A stretch of 64,000 bases of DNA, from the NCBI GenBank assembly GCA_046735235.1, contig JBKPSY010000027.1:2389-66388 (forward strand). Reading direction: 5' to 3'. This stretch comes from Acidobacteriota bacterium (GTDB lineage: Bacteria; Acidobacteriota; Vicinamibacteria; Vicinamibacterales; JAENWD01). Below the pieces are notes generated by a model, which was not told the DNA's origin, did not search any database, and was given only the letters and a program-made list of their open reading frames with translations. This document shows positions 24,730 to 36,234 of the stretch, one piece after another. Position numbers and translations under genes: made by a program. Numbering within the stretch: the stretch's first letter is position 1; each line of letters starts with the position of its first letter.

Positions 24730-24836
24730 TGCTCAGGTCTCCTCAGGTCTAGCAGGTCCAGCAGGTCTAACCGGTCGGTCAGGTCTAACCGGTCGGTCGA
24801 ATGCGCGTTCCGGTCGAGCGGTTGGTCCCGGTCGGA
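24730..24836. repeat. 9-bp GGTC iteron array, left arm of the rsmG-parA spacer
   Basis: ..CTCAGGTC TAGCAGGTC CAGCAGGTC TAACCGGTC GGTCAGGTC TAACCGGTC GGTC.., becoming degenerate toward 24836. Confidence 0.75.
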
Positions 24837-24865
24837 TGGGTGGGATTCGCCGTCTTACGACCTTG

Positions 24866-24881
24866 TGTTCCACGTGGAACG
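24866..24881. promoter_or_regulatory. parS: parS centromere site 2
   Basis: TGTTCCACGTGGAACG, with the same 14-bp core as site 1. It is centred between two inverted 9-bp repeat arrays. Confidence 0.85.
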
Positions 24882-24930
24882 TTTCATCGCGTGGTGAGAG
24901 TTCATTCGATGCGCGCCGACGACGACCTTT

Positions 24931-25015
24931 AGACCGATTCGGCCCGATGACCAGCTAATCCGACCCGTACGACCGGTTCGACCCGTTCGACCTGCTCGAC
25001 CTGTTTGACCTGGCT
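24931..25015. repeat. 9-bp GGTC iteron array in inverted orientation, right arm of the rsmG-parA spacer
   Basis: The reverse complement reads GAGCCAGGTC AAACAGGTC GAGCAGGTC GAACGGGTC GAACCGGTC GTACGGGTC... Confidence 0.75.
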
Positions 25016-25081
25016 CTCCCGCCGCTCTATGCTTTCGAAGCAAAAGGTGTGAAGAACCGCAAATAGGTCGTGTGACCTAAT

Positions 25082-25879
25082 ATGGCCAGAATCGTCGCGG
25101 TTACCAATCAAAAGGGCGGCGTGGGAAAGACGACGACCGCCATCAATCTCGCAGCCTCACTCGCACTTGCGGACCAGAGAGTGTTGCTCGTCGACCTCGA
25201 CCCGCAGGGCAACATGACCAGCGGCGTGGGGTTGCGCGGGCAGCAGGCGCCTGGCGGCACGGTCTACAGCGCGCTCGAGAGCGACGCGGGCGTCGACCCA
25301 GCCAGCTTCGTTATCCCAAGCGCCGTCGACAACCTGAAGGTCGTGCCCGCCGACGGGAGCCTCACCGGGGCCGAGATCGAGCTCGTCGGGCTCACCGACC
25401 GCGAGCGCCGGCTGCGGCGTCTGCTCGAGCCCCTGCGCGCGGACTTCGACTGGATCTTCATCGACTGTCCGCCCTCGCTCGGCCTGCTCACGCTCAACGC
25501 GCTCGTCGCCGCCGACGCGGTGTTGATTCCCCTCCACTGCGAGTACTTCGCGCTCGAGGGCCTCGCGGCGCTCGTGTCGACGATGAGGCGCGTGCGCGTG
25601 TCGCTGAATCCGTCGCTCGACATCGAAGGCGTGCTGCTGACGATGTACGACGAGCGCACCAACCTCGGCCAGCAGGTCGCGCGCGACGTGCGCGAGTTCT
25701 TCAAGGAGAAGGTCTACACCACGGTGATCCCGCGCAACGTGCGGCTCGGCGAGGCGCCCAGCCACGGCACGCCGGTCGTGTTGTACGACGCGAAGTCGCG
25801 CGGCGCGGAGGCCTATCTCGCGCTGGCACGCGAGGTGCTCGAACGCAGCGCGAAGCCGGAACTGCAGAGCGCGCAGTGA
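25082..25879 (+). CDS. parA: chromosome partitioning ATPase ParA/Soj
   Basis: 265 aa with the deviant Walker A NQKGGVGKTTT. Confidence 0.96.
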   Translation: MARIVAVTNQKGGVGKTTTAINLAASLALADQRVLLVDLDPQGNMTSGVGLRGQQAPGGTVYSALESDAGVDPASFVIPSAVDNLKVVPADGSLTGAEIELVGLTDRERRLRRLLEPLRADFDWIFIDCPPSLGLLTLNALVAADAVLIPLHCEYFALEGLAALVSTMRRVRVSLNPSLDIEGVLLTMYDERTNLGQQVARDVREFFKEKVYTTVIPRNVRLGEAPSHGTPVVLYDAKSRGAEAYLALAREVLERSAKPELQSAQ

Positions 25880-25914
25880 CTGGCAATTGACGAAGCTGGA
25901 GTGAGGACCAGACG

Positions 25915-26796
25915 ATGGAGAAGCGACCGGCGCTCGGCAAAGGCCTGAGCGCGCTGATTCCTGACGAGCCACCGGCGGCCGATCGCACTGGCCTGATCGA
26001 GATCGACGTCGATCGCCTCGCGCCGAGCGACTACCAGCCGCGCACGATGATGGACACGGCGCGACTCGACGACCTGGCCGCGTCGATCCGGGCCAACGGC
26101 GTGATTCAGCCGATCGTCGTTCGTAAGACCGCTGACGGGTATCGGATCATCGCAGGCGAGCGCCGCTGGCGCGCGGCACAGAAGGCCGGTCTCACGCGCG
26201 TGCCCGTCGTCGTGAAGGAGGTGACCGGCCCCGACGCGCCGGGCCGGCTGCTGCAGATGGCTCTCATCGAGAACATCCAGCGCGAAGACCTGAACGCGAT
26301 CGAGGAGGCGAAGGCCTATCGCCGCCTCGCGGACGAGTTCTCGCTGACGCAGGACGCGATCGCCGCGGCCGTGGGCAAGGATCGCGCGACGATTGCCAAC
26401 ACGCTGCGCCTGCTGAAGCTGCCCGACGAGTTGCAGAACGATCTGTCCGCCGGCGCCCTGACGATGGGACACGCGCGCGCGATCCTGGCCCTCGCGTCCG
26501 AGGCGCAGCAGGTGCGCGTCGCTCGCGAAGTGAAGACTCGTGGCCTCAGCGTCCGCGAGACCGAGGCGCTCGTGAAGGCGGCGCTCGAAGGCCGGGAGAT
26601 CGACGGCCCGACGCCGCGCGCGGCGCGTCCCGTCACGCCGCCAGACGTCCACACGCGCGCCGCGGAAGAGCGCCTGAAGATCCACCTCGGCACGCGCGTG
26701 CGCATCGTCCGCAAGGAGAAGGGTGGGCGCATCGAGATCGATTTCACGAGCGAAGACGAGTTGATCCGGATCTTCGAGAGCCTCACCGAGCGATAG
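25915..26796 (+). CDS. parB: chromosome partitioning protein ParB/Spo0J
   Basis: 293 aa with the ParB box GERRWRAA and an HTH region. Confidence 0.96.
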   Translation: MEKRPALGKGLSALIPDEPPAADRTGLIEIDVDRLAPSDYQPRTMMDTARLDDLAASIRANGVIQPIVVRKTADGYRIIAGERRWRAAQKAGLTRVPVVVKEVTGPDAPGRLLQMALIENIQREDLNAIEEAKAYRRLADEFSLTQDAIAAAVGKDRATIANTLRLLKLPDELQNDLSAGALTMGHARAILALASEAQQVRVAREVKTRGLSVRETEALVKAALEGREIDGPTPRAARPVTPPDVHTRAAEERLKIHLGTRVRIVRKEKGGRIEIDFTSEDELIRIFESLTER

Positions 26797-26804
26797 CGTC
26801 ACCT

Positions 26805-26878
26805 GTAGCGCAGGCCTTCAGGCCTGCCAATTTCCGCAGACGGTTGACGGCCGAGGCAGACCTGAAGGTGTGCGCTAC
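26805..26878. repeat. REPIN-like doublet
   Basis: GTAGCGCAGGCCTTCAGGCCTGC - 28 nt - GCAGACCTGAAGGTGTGCGCTAC, between parB and selD. Confidence 0.85.
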
Positions 26879-26889
26879 AGTTGAGAACG

Positions 26890-27924
26890 ATGGCAAATCT
26901 CACCGAACTGGTCGCCTGTGCCGGCTGCGCGAGCAAGCTTGCCGCCGGCGAACTGGCGCGCGTGCTGCACGACCTGCCGCCGCAGACCGATCCGAACGTG
27001 CTCGTCGACTTCCGCGGATCCGACGACGCGGGAATCTACCGCTGGCCAGGCGGGCCGGCGCTGGTGCAGACGGTGGATTTCTTCACGCCAATCGTGGACG
27101 ACCCGTTCACGTATGGGCAGATCGCCGCCGCCAACGCGCTGAGTGACGTGTACGCGATGGGCGGCGTGCCGGTCACGGCGCTCGCGATCGCCGCGATGCC
27201 AGAGACGGGCATCGACGGCGACACGATCCGGCAGATCTTCCTCGGGGGCTTCGACAAGCTGCAAGAGGCGGGTGTGGCACTGCTCGGCGGCCACACGGTG
27301 CGCGATCCGGAAGTGAAATTCGGCTACGCGATCACCGGACGCGTCGACGCCGATCGCGTCTGGACCAACGCCGGCGCGCGCGTCGGCGATCGGTTGATCC
27401 TGACGAAACTGCTCGGCACCGGCATCTGCGGCACCGCGATCAAAAACAAGCGCGCGCCCGAGGCGCTCGTCGCGGCGGCCGTGCGATCGATGACCACGCT
27501 GAACAAGCGAGGCGCCGAAGCGCTGACGACGTTCGGCGACGCCGTGCACGCCTGCACGGACGTCACCGGCTTCGGGCTCGTCGGCCACTCGACAGAAATG
27601 GCGGTCGGGAGCCATACGTCACTCGCGATCGAGTTCTCGCGGTTGCAAATCCTTCCCGGGGCGCTGCCAATCGCGTCGGCGAACCGGTCCGGCGGGATGG
27701 GCACGAACAAGCAGCAGTTCGCGCCGACGGCCGATACCTCCGCGCTCGGCGAAGCCGAGGTCGACCTGTGCTTCGATCCGCAGACGTCGGGCGGACTGCT
27801 CGCATCCGTAGACGCGGCCAGGGCCGACGAGATCGTGGCGGCGCTGCAGGGCGCGGGACTTCCGGCGGCAGTCATCGGCGTTGTCACGTCACGCGCGGGA
27901 TCGTTCGTGACTGTGCGGCGCTGA
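26890..27924 (+). CDS. selD: selenide, water dikinase (Cys-type)
   Basis: N-terminal glycine-rich CAGCASK loop (Cys and Lys present, no in-frame TGA) and an AIR-synthase-like fold. ATG at 26890; the track starts at a TTG at 26881. Confidence 0.9.
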   Translation: MANLTELVACAGCASKLAAGELARVLHDLPPQTDPNVLVDFRGSDDAGIYRWPGGPALVQTVDFFTPIVDDPFTYGQIAAANALSDVYAMGGVPVTALAIAAMPETGIDGDTIRQIFLGGFDKLQEAGVALLGGHTVRDPEVKFGYAITGRVDADRVWTNAGARVGDRLILTKLLGTGICGTAIKNKRAPEALVAAAVRSMTTLNKRGAEALTTFGDAVHACTDVTGFGLVGHSTEMAVGSHTSLAIEFSRLQILPGALPIASANRSGGMGTNKQQFAPTADTSALGEAEVDLCFDPQTSGGLLASVDAARADEIVAALQGAGLPAAVIGVVTSRAGSFVTVRR

Positions 27925-27953
27925 TCGTCCAGAACACGTTTCTCAGAGACTCC

Positions 27954-29321
27954 ATGCCACCGTCGCTCAAACGCGAGCTCGGGCTCCGCGACCTCACGCT
28001 GTTCGCGTTGACGTGTGTCGTTTCGACGCGCTGGATCCCGCTGGCCGCCCACGCGGGACCGGTGTCGGTGACGCTGTGGCTGCTGGCGGCGGTGTTCTTC
28101 GTGGTGCCCTTGACCATCTCCGTGGCTGCGCTGGTCGTGAAGCACCCCGGAGCGGGCGGGTTGTACATCTGGGCGCGGCAGGACTTCGGACCGTGGCACG
28201 GGTTCTTCTGCGCCTGGGTCTACTGGATGGGGATAGCCTTCCTGTTCCCCACCGCCGCGATGCTGTACGCGCGCGTCGGTTTCTCGCTGCTCGATCCCGC
28301 GCTCGCCCACCTCGGCGACAACCGCCTCTTCTTGCTTGCCGCCACGCTGGGGCTGGTCTGGGTCGCGCTCGGATCGAACCTGATTGGACTCCAGATCGGC
28401 AAGTGGGCCGAGAACGTCGGTGCGCTCGCGACCGTGGCGACTGTGCTGGTGCTTGTTGCCATCGCCTGCCTCGTGGGGACGAGACGAGGCATCGCGACGC
28501 CATTGGACATCACGCCGGCCTGGAGCTGGGGAACCGTCAGCTTCTGGGCCGCGATTGCGTACGCGACCTCCGGCATGGAGGCGGCCGCGATGATGACCGG
28601 CGAGGTGAAGAACCCCGAACGCACCATGCTGCGGGCAGGCTGGATGGCATCTGCGCTGGCGGCAGCGCTGTACATCAGCGCCACCATCGCTTTCCTCGTG
28701 GTGCTTCGCCCCGAACACATCAGCGAACTGAACGGGTATGCGGACGTCGCAAATTCGGCCGGGGTGCTTCTTGGCGCCGGATGGCTCTCGCCGTTGATTG
28801 CCCTGCTTGTGCTCGCGAGCGGTGTCGGATTCATCGGCGGCATCGGCACCGCCACGGCGCGACTGTCTTTTGCCGCCGCGACCGATGGCCTGCTGCCCGA
28901 CGCGTTCGCGCGAGTACACTCCAGGTGGAAGACGCCCCATGTCTCGATCCTGGCCCTCGGCGTGGTGTCGACAGCGCTTCTGGTGGTCTATCAGCTGGGG
29001 GACAGCCTTCGCGCGGCATACGACGAGCTCGTGTCCCTGATGGTCATCACGGGATTCGTGCCGTACCTCTACATCTTTGGCAGCGGCTGGAAGGCGGGCA
29101 AGCGCCTGAGCGCGATGTCGGGAGTCGCGGTCACCCTGCTCGCGCTGTTCTGCGCGGCAGTACCGCCCGACAGCGCCACCAACGTGTGGCTGTTCGAGAG
29201 CAAGCTCGCAGGAGGGACGCTGGTGGTTGCGGCCTCCGCGTGGCTCGTCTATCGCGGAAGACGCCGAACGCCCGCGCGCATCGGCATCCCGGCCGTTCTC
29301 GCTGGCACGACCGAGCCGTAA
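27954..29321 (+). CDS. APC-superfamily amino acid permease
   Basis: 455 aa from the ATG at 27954, with about 12 TM helices and an N-terminal LKRELGLRDLTLFALTCVVSTRW pattern typical of APC transporters. Confidence 0.85.
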   Translation: MPPSLKRELGLRDLTLFALTCVVSTRWIPLAAHAGPVSVTLWLLAAVFFVVPLTISVAALVVKHPGAGGLYIWARQDFGPWHGFFCAWVYWMGIAFLFPTAAMLYARVGFSLLDPALAHLGDNRLFLLAATLGLVWVALGSNLIGLQIGKWAENVGALATVATVLVLVAIACLVGTRRGIATPLDITPAWSWGTVSFWAAIAYATSGMEAAAMMTGEVKNPERTMLRAGWMASALAAALYISATIAFLVVLRPEHISELNGYADVANSAGVLLGAGWLSPLIALLVLASGVGFIGGIGTATARLSFAAATDGLLPDAFARVHSRWKTPHVSILALGVVSTALLVVYQLGDSLRAAYDELVSLMVITGFVPYLYIFGSGWKAGKRLSAMSGVAVTLLALFCAAVPPDSATNVWLFESKLAGGTLVVAASAWLVYRGRRRTPARIGIPAVLAGTTEP

Positions 29322-29324
29322 TCC

Positions 29325-29711
29325 TCAGCGTGGCGTTCGCAGGCGCTGGCGAAACCACACCGTCAGCGCTTCCACCGACACCTCCGCCGAGGCCACGCTC
29401 GCCGCGACGACGTCGAGATCCTTGTCGGTGGCGACGAGGCTCGCGCCGTTGGCGATCAGGAAGCACTCACCCGCGACGATCGCCGTCTCGCGATTGCGCT
29501 CCAGGAATGGGGCGCCGAGGATGAGGCCGCTGACGAGCGCCGCGGCCTTCGCGTCGAGCGACGCGTAGAGATCCGCGCCGTCGAAGGTCGCCGTCGGCCG
29601 CGACACGGCGGACTCGAGTGCGCGGACGTCGCGTACGCCGGCCTCGCTCAGATGCCCGACCAGGCTCTGGTGCAGGCTCAACACCTGCTCGACGGAAAGG
29701 TGGGCGGTCAC
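29325..29711 (-). CDS. doc: Doc (death-on-curing)/Fic-family toxin homolog with degenerate Fic motif
   Basis: 128 aa from the GTG at 29711 (GTGA overlap with the antitoxin stop). It aligns along its length with Doc toxins, but the Fic motif reads APFLERNRETA instead of HPFxDGNKRTA. Confidence 0.8.
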   Translation of the reverse strand: MTAHLSVEQVLSLHQSLVGHLSEAGVRDVRALESAVSRPTATFDGADLYASLDAKAAALVSGLILGAPFLERNRETAIVAGECFLIANGASLVATDKDLDVVAASVASAEVSVEALTVWFRQRLRTPR

Positions 29712-29953
29712 CGGGTCCGCTTCCTCAGGAACGCGGCGCGGCGCTCGAGCACCTCGTCGGCCAGGGCACGAAAACGCGCCGAGACCTCGCCGCCGTCGAG
29801 CCACGCGACGCCTGGTCGGATTGTCACGGCGCCGGTCATCGGGTCGACGGTCACGTCTACTTCTTGCCCCTTCCGGAGGCGGAACGCCTGCACCACTTCC
29901 ATGGGCAGGGTGACCGCCAGAGAACTCCCTGTCTGCACGACCGACCGCCTCAT
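29708..29953 (-). CDS. AbrB/MazE/SpoVT-family antitoxin (Phd-like role)
   Basis: 81 aa with an N-terminal swapped-hairpin motif (VVQTGSSLAVTLPMEVVQAFRLRKGQEV). It sits immediately upstream of, and translationally coupled to, the Doc homolog. Confidence 0.85.
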   Translation of the reverse strand: MRRSVVQTGSSLAVTLPMEVVQAFRLRKGQEVDVTVDPMTGAVTIRPGVAWLDGGEVSARFRALADEVLERRAAFLRKRTR

Positions 29954-29955
29954 AT

Positions 29956-29998
29956 ACGTATTAGGTCAATAGGGTATTGATTAAGTCAATATTTATTC
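29956..29998. promoter_or_regulatory. candidate promoter/operator of the antitoxin-doc operon
   Basis: An AT-rich patch directly upstream of the antitoxin ATG. It has the direct repeats ATTAGGTCAAT (29960-29970) and ATTAAGTCAAT (29980-29990) 20 bp apart, and an internal TCAATA-GGG-TATTGA palindrome. The minus strand reads TTGACT...CCTAAT. Confidence 0.45.
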
Positions 29999-30087
29999 GG
30001 CCAAGTTCAGCGACGTCAGCTGCTCACATGGTATAAACGGGCGTTTGCCCGGCGGCCGTTTGAGCCGACGGTTGGAGTTGCCGCACT

Positions 30088-30516
30088 GTGGGAATCCCCG
30101 ATCTCTCCGTCATCTGGGTCATCTTCTTCGTCCTGCTGCTGACGTTCCTGATGAACCAGCTCCTGTTCAAGCCGCTCGTCCGCGTCATGACCGCGCGGCA
30201 GTCGGCCGTGAAGTCGGCGCGCAACCTCGCCGACAAGGCCGCGGCGGATGCCACGAAGGCGACCGACGCCTTCGACGAGAAGACCCGCGCCGCACGCCAG
30301 GAGATTGCACGCCGGATGGAAGAGGCGCGTCGCGCCGCGGAAGTCGAGCGCTCGCGGCTGCTCGAGGAGGCGCACGCCCAGGCTCACGGCACGATTGCCG
30401 ACGCCACCAGGCAGCTGACGGCCGACGCCGCCGACGCCAGGCAGCGCATCGATCGCGAGTCGACCGAGCTGGCCCACACCCTCGCGGACCGCGTGCTCGG
30501 CCGCCAGACCACCTAG
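30088..30516 (+). CDS. atpF: F0F1 ATP synthase subunit b' (second b-type stalk subunit)
   Basis: 142 aa with a single N-terminal TM helix and a long Ala/Arg/Glu-rich helix. GTG start. Confidence 0.8.
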   Translation: MGIPDLSVIWVIFFVLLLTFLMNQLLFKPLVRVMTARQSAVKSARNLADKAAADATKATDAFDEKTRAARQEIARRMEEARRAAEVERSRLLEEAHAQAHGTIADATRQLTADAADARQRIDRESTELAHTLADRVLGRQTT

Positions 30517-30531
30517 GCCCCAGAGGTTCTC

Positions 30532-31188
30532 GTGCTCATCCACAGGATTTCGTCGGGACTTCGTGACTCTCGCGCGCGCCGGCTGGTGCTGGCCGCGGCG
30601 GTTCTCGCACTGATCTCGCTGGCGGGCCGTCCCGCCCGCGCCCAGGAGCCCGCGCACGAGCAGGCCTCGGCAGCGGCGCACGAAGGCGCCGAGAGCCAGG
30701 CTCACGAAGAGAGCATCTGGCCGTTCGTCGGCAAGATCTTCAACTTCGTCGTTCTCGTCGGCGGCCTGGTGTACCTCGCGCGCAAGCCATTTGCCGAGTA
30801 CCTGAGCCGCCGCGGCGGCGAGCTTCGCGCCGAGCTCTCGGCCGCGGAAGCGCTCAAGGCCGAGGCCGCCGCGAAGATCGCGGAGATCGACGCGCGGATG
30901 AAGACCCTGCCCGCCGAGCTCGAGGCGCTCGGGGCCCGGGGCCGCGCGGACATCGCGGCCGAGGAGCAGCGCATCCGGGAACTGGCCGCGAGCGAGAAGC
31001 AGCGACTCCTCGATCAGGCTGCGCGCGAAATCGACCAGCGCGTACGCATCGCGAAGCGCGAGCTCGTGGAGCACGCCGCCGACCTGACGATCGACGTCGC
31101 GCGCACGAAGATCCAGAGCGAGATCACCGACGCGGACCGCTCGCGGCTGGTCGATCGGTACCTCTCACAGGTGACGTCACATGAGTGA
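30532..31188 (+). CDS. atpF: F0F1 ATP synthase subunit b
   Basis: 218 aa with a TM helix (FNFVVLVGGLVYLA) followed by a long coiled helix. It has an extended N-terminus. Confidence 0.8.
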   Translation: MLIHRISSGLRDSRARRLVLAAAVLALISLAGRPARAQEPAHEQASAAAHEGAESQAHEESIWPFVGKIFNFVVLVGGLVYLARKPFAEYLSRRGGELRAELSAAEALKAEAAAKIAEIDARMKTLPAELEALGARGRADIAAEEQRIRELAASEKQRLLDQAAREIDQRVRIAKRELVEHAADLTIDVARTKIQSEITDADRSRLVDRYLSQVTSHE

Positions 31189-31726
31189 TCGCTCCGACGC
31201 CGTCCGCTTCGCGAAGGAGCTGTTCGACGTGACGTGGCGGCACAACCAGGCCGACCAGGTCGCCGACGAGCTCGACGCCTTCGCGCAGGCGATGCGTCAG
31301 AACAAGGGCATCGCCAAGCCCCTGTATCACCCGCTCGTCCCGCAGTTGAAGAAGCTCGAGACGATGCGTCGTGCGATCGCCGACCTGGGCCTCAGCAAGC
31401 CGACGGCCGTGATCCTCGAAGCGCTCGTCAACGCGTATCGCGTCAAGCTCCTGCCCGCGGTCGCCGACAGCTTCCGCGCGCGGCTGAGCACCAGGCGTGG
31501 CGTCATCCGCGCCCGCGTGACGACGGCCGCCGCGCTGGCTCCCGACAAGGCCTCGGCGCTGGAGGCCACGCTCAAGCAGATCTCGGGGCGTGACGTCGTG
31601 CTCGAAACGAAGATTGACCCGTCGATCATCGGCGGCGTCGTGGCTCAGCTCGACAGCACCGTGTACGACGGCAGCGTCACGCGGCAGCTCGCCCGCATGC
31701 GACAGAAGCTCGTGGAGAACGTGTAG
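31181..31726 (+). CDS. atpH: F0F1 ATP synthase subunit delta (OSCP)
   Basis: 181 aa with an OSCP-like C-terminal [22 protein letters not shown]. Confidence 0.9.
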   Translation: MSDRSDAVRFAKELFDVTWRHNQADQVADELDAFAQAMRQNKGIAKPLYHPLVPQLKKLETMRRAIADLGLSKPTAVILEALVNAYRVKLLPAVADSFRARLSTRRGVIRARVTTAAALAPDKASALEATLKQISGRDVVLETKIDPSIIGGVVAQLDSTVYDGSVTRQLARMRQKLVENV

Positions 31727-31728
31727 CG

Positions 31729-33249
<1,521 letters not shown>

Positions 33250-33255
33250 GGAGCA

Positions 33256-33323
33256 GTCCATGGGGTTATGAGTCCATGGGTCCATGGGCAAGAACCCCCC
33301 ATGCACCCATGCACCCATGCACC
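33256..33323. repeat. hairpin whose arms are tandem 9-mers (GTCCATGGG x3 versus CCCATGCAC x3), atpA-atpG spacer
   Basis: The left units GTCCATGGG pair 8 of 9 with the right units CCCATGCAC. A T5 run follows at 33331-33335. Confidence 0.75.
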
Positions 33324-33340
33324 TGACAGGTTTTTAGCAG

Positions 33341-34213
33341 ATGCCTTCACTGATTGACATCCGCCGACGGATCCGCGCGGTCAAATCGACGCAGCAGATC
33401 ACCAAGGCGATGAAGATGGTCGCGGCCTCGCGCATGCGCCGTGCGCACGAGCGCGTCGTGAACGCGCGCCCGTACTCGACAGGCATGCTCCGTGTGCTGA
33501 CGAGTCTCGCGAGTCGCGTCGATCCGAACATGAACCCGCTGTTGGCCGAGCGCGACACGGCGAAGGCCGGCGCGCGGATTGTCGCCGTCGTCATCACCGG
33601 CGACAAGGGCCTTGCCGGCAGCTTCAACTCGAACATTCTGAAGGCCGCGGGCCAGTTCCTCGCCGCACGGAAGCATCAGCAGGTCGAGTTCGTGTTCGTC
33701 GGCCGGAAGGGGCGCGACTACTTCAAGCGCCGGCCGGTGACGACGCGCGGCGAGCTGGTGGGGCTTTTCACGCGGCTGACGTCACAGCACGCCGCCGAGG
33801 TCGCAGGTCCGGTCATCGAGGCGTTCGCGAACGGACAGGTCGACGGCGTGTTCGTCATCTACAACGAGTTCAAGTCGATCATGTCGCAGAAGACGTTGGT
33901 CGAGCAGCTGCTGCCGATCCCGCGTCTCGAGCCGGCCGCCGCTGAGAGCGGCCCGGCGCTCGACTACCTGTACGAGCCGGACGCCGCGACGATCTTCGGA
34001 AAGCTGCTGCCGCGATACGTCGAGAGCCGCATCTTCGCGGCGCTGCTCGAATCGAACGCGGCGTTCTACGCGGCACAGATGACCGCGATGGACTCGGCGA
34101 CGAAGAACTCTGCCGAGATGCTCGAGTCGCTCACGCTCTACATGAACAAGGTCCGCCAGGCGGCGATTACCAGGGAAATCATCGAGGTCGTGTCTGGCGC
34201 ACAGGCGCTCTAG
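33341..34213 (+). CDS. atpG: F0F1 ATP synthase subunit gamma
   Basis: 290 aa with N-terminal IRRRIRAVKSTQQITKAMKMVAASR and C-terminal ITREIIEVVSGA. Confidence 0.97.
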   Translation: MPSLIDIRRRIRAVKSTQQITKAMKMVAASRMRRAHERVVNARPYSTGMLRVLTSLASRVDPNMNPLLAERDTAKAGARIVAVVITGDKGLAGSFNSNILKAAGQFLAARKHQQVEFVFVGRKGRDYFKRRPVTTRGELVGLFTRLTSQHAAEVAGPVIEAFANGQVDGVFVIYNEFKSIMSQKTLVEQLLPIPRLEPAAAESGPALDYLYEPDAATIFGKLLPRYVESRIFAALLESNAAFYAAQMTAMDSATKNSAEMLESLTLYMNKVRQAAITREIIEVVSGAQAL

Positions 34214-34218
34214 AGAGC

Positions 34219-36157
<1,939 letters not shown>

Positions 36158-36158
<1 letters not shown>

Positions 36159-36234
36159 GGACCAGGGATCAGGATCCAGGGTCGCCGTGACACGAGCGTG
36201 CTGGCCCTGGCCCTGAGCCCTGATCCTGCGATCC
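36158..36234. repeat. imperfect hairpin with CCAGGG / GATCAGG tandem-unit arms (atpC-wzm spacer)
   Basis: GGGACCAGGGATCAGGATCCAGGGTC ... GGCCCTGGCCCTGAGCCCTGATCCTG. It uses the same unit vocabulary as 14911-14983. Confidence 0.65.

Noticed and set aside
24730-25015. CRISPR array
   Set aside because: The units are 9 bp and directly abutting, with no spacers. No cas genes are in the window.
24855-25043. 62-aa ORF with GRTGRTGRTGR collagen-like repeats in the rsmG-parA spacer
   Set aside because: It is a translation artefact of the 9-bp GGTC iteron array, runs through parS-2, and has no start context. In mfd, by contrast, the array lies inside a clearly real gene.
26881-27924. Selenocysteine (in-frame TGA) form of SelD
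   Set aside because: The active-site loop reads CAGCASK with Cys codons. There is no in-frame TGA and no SECIS-like hairpin was needed.
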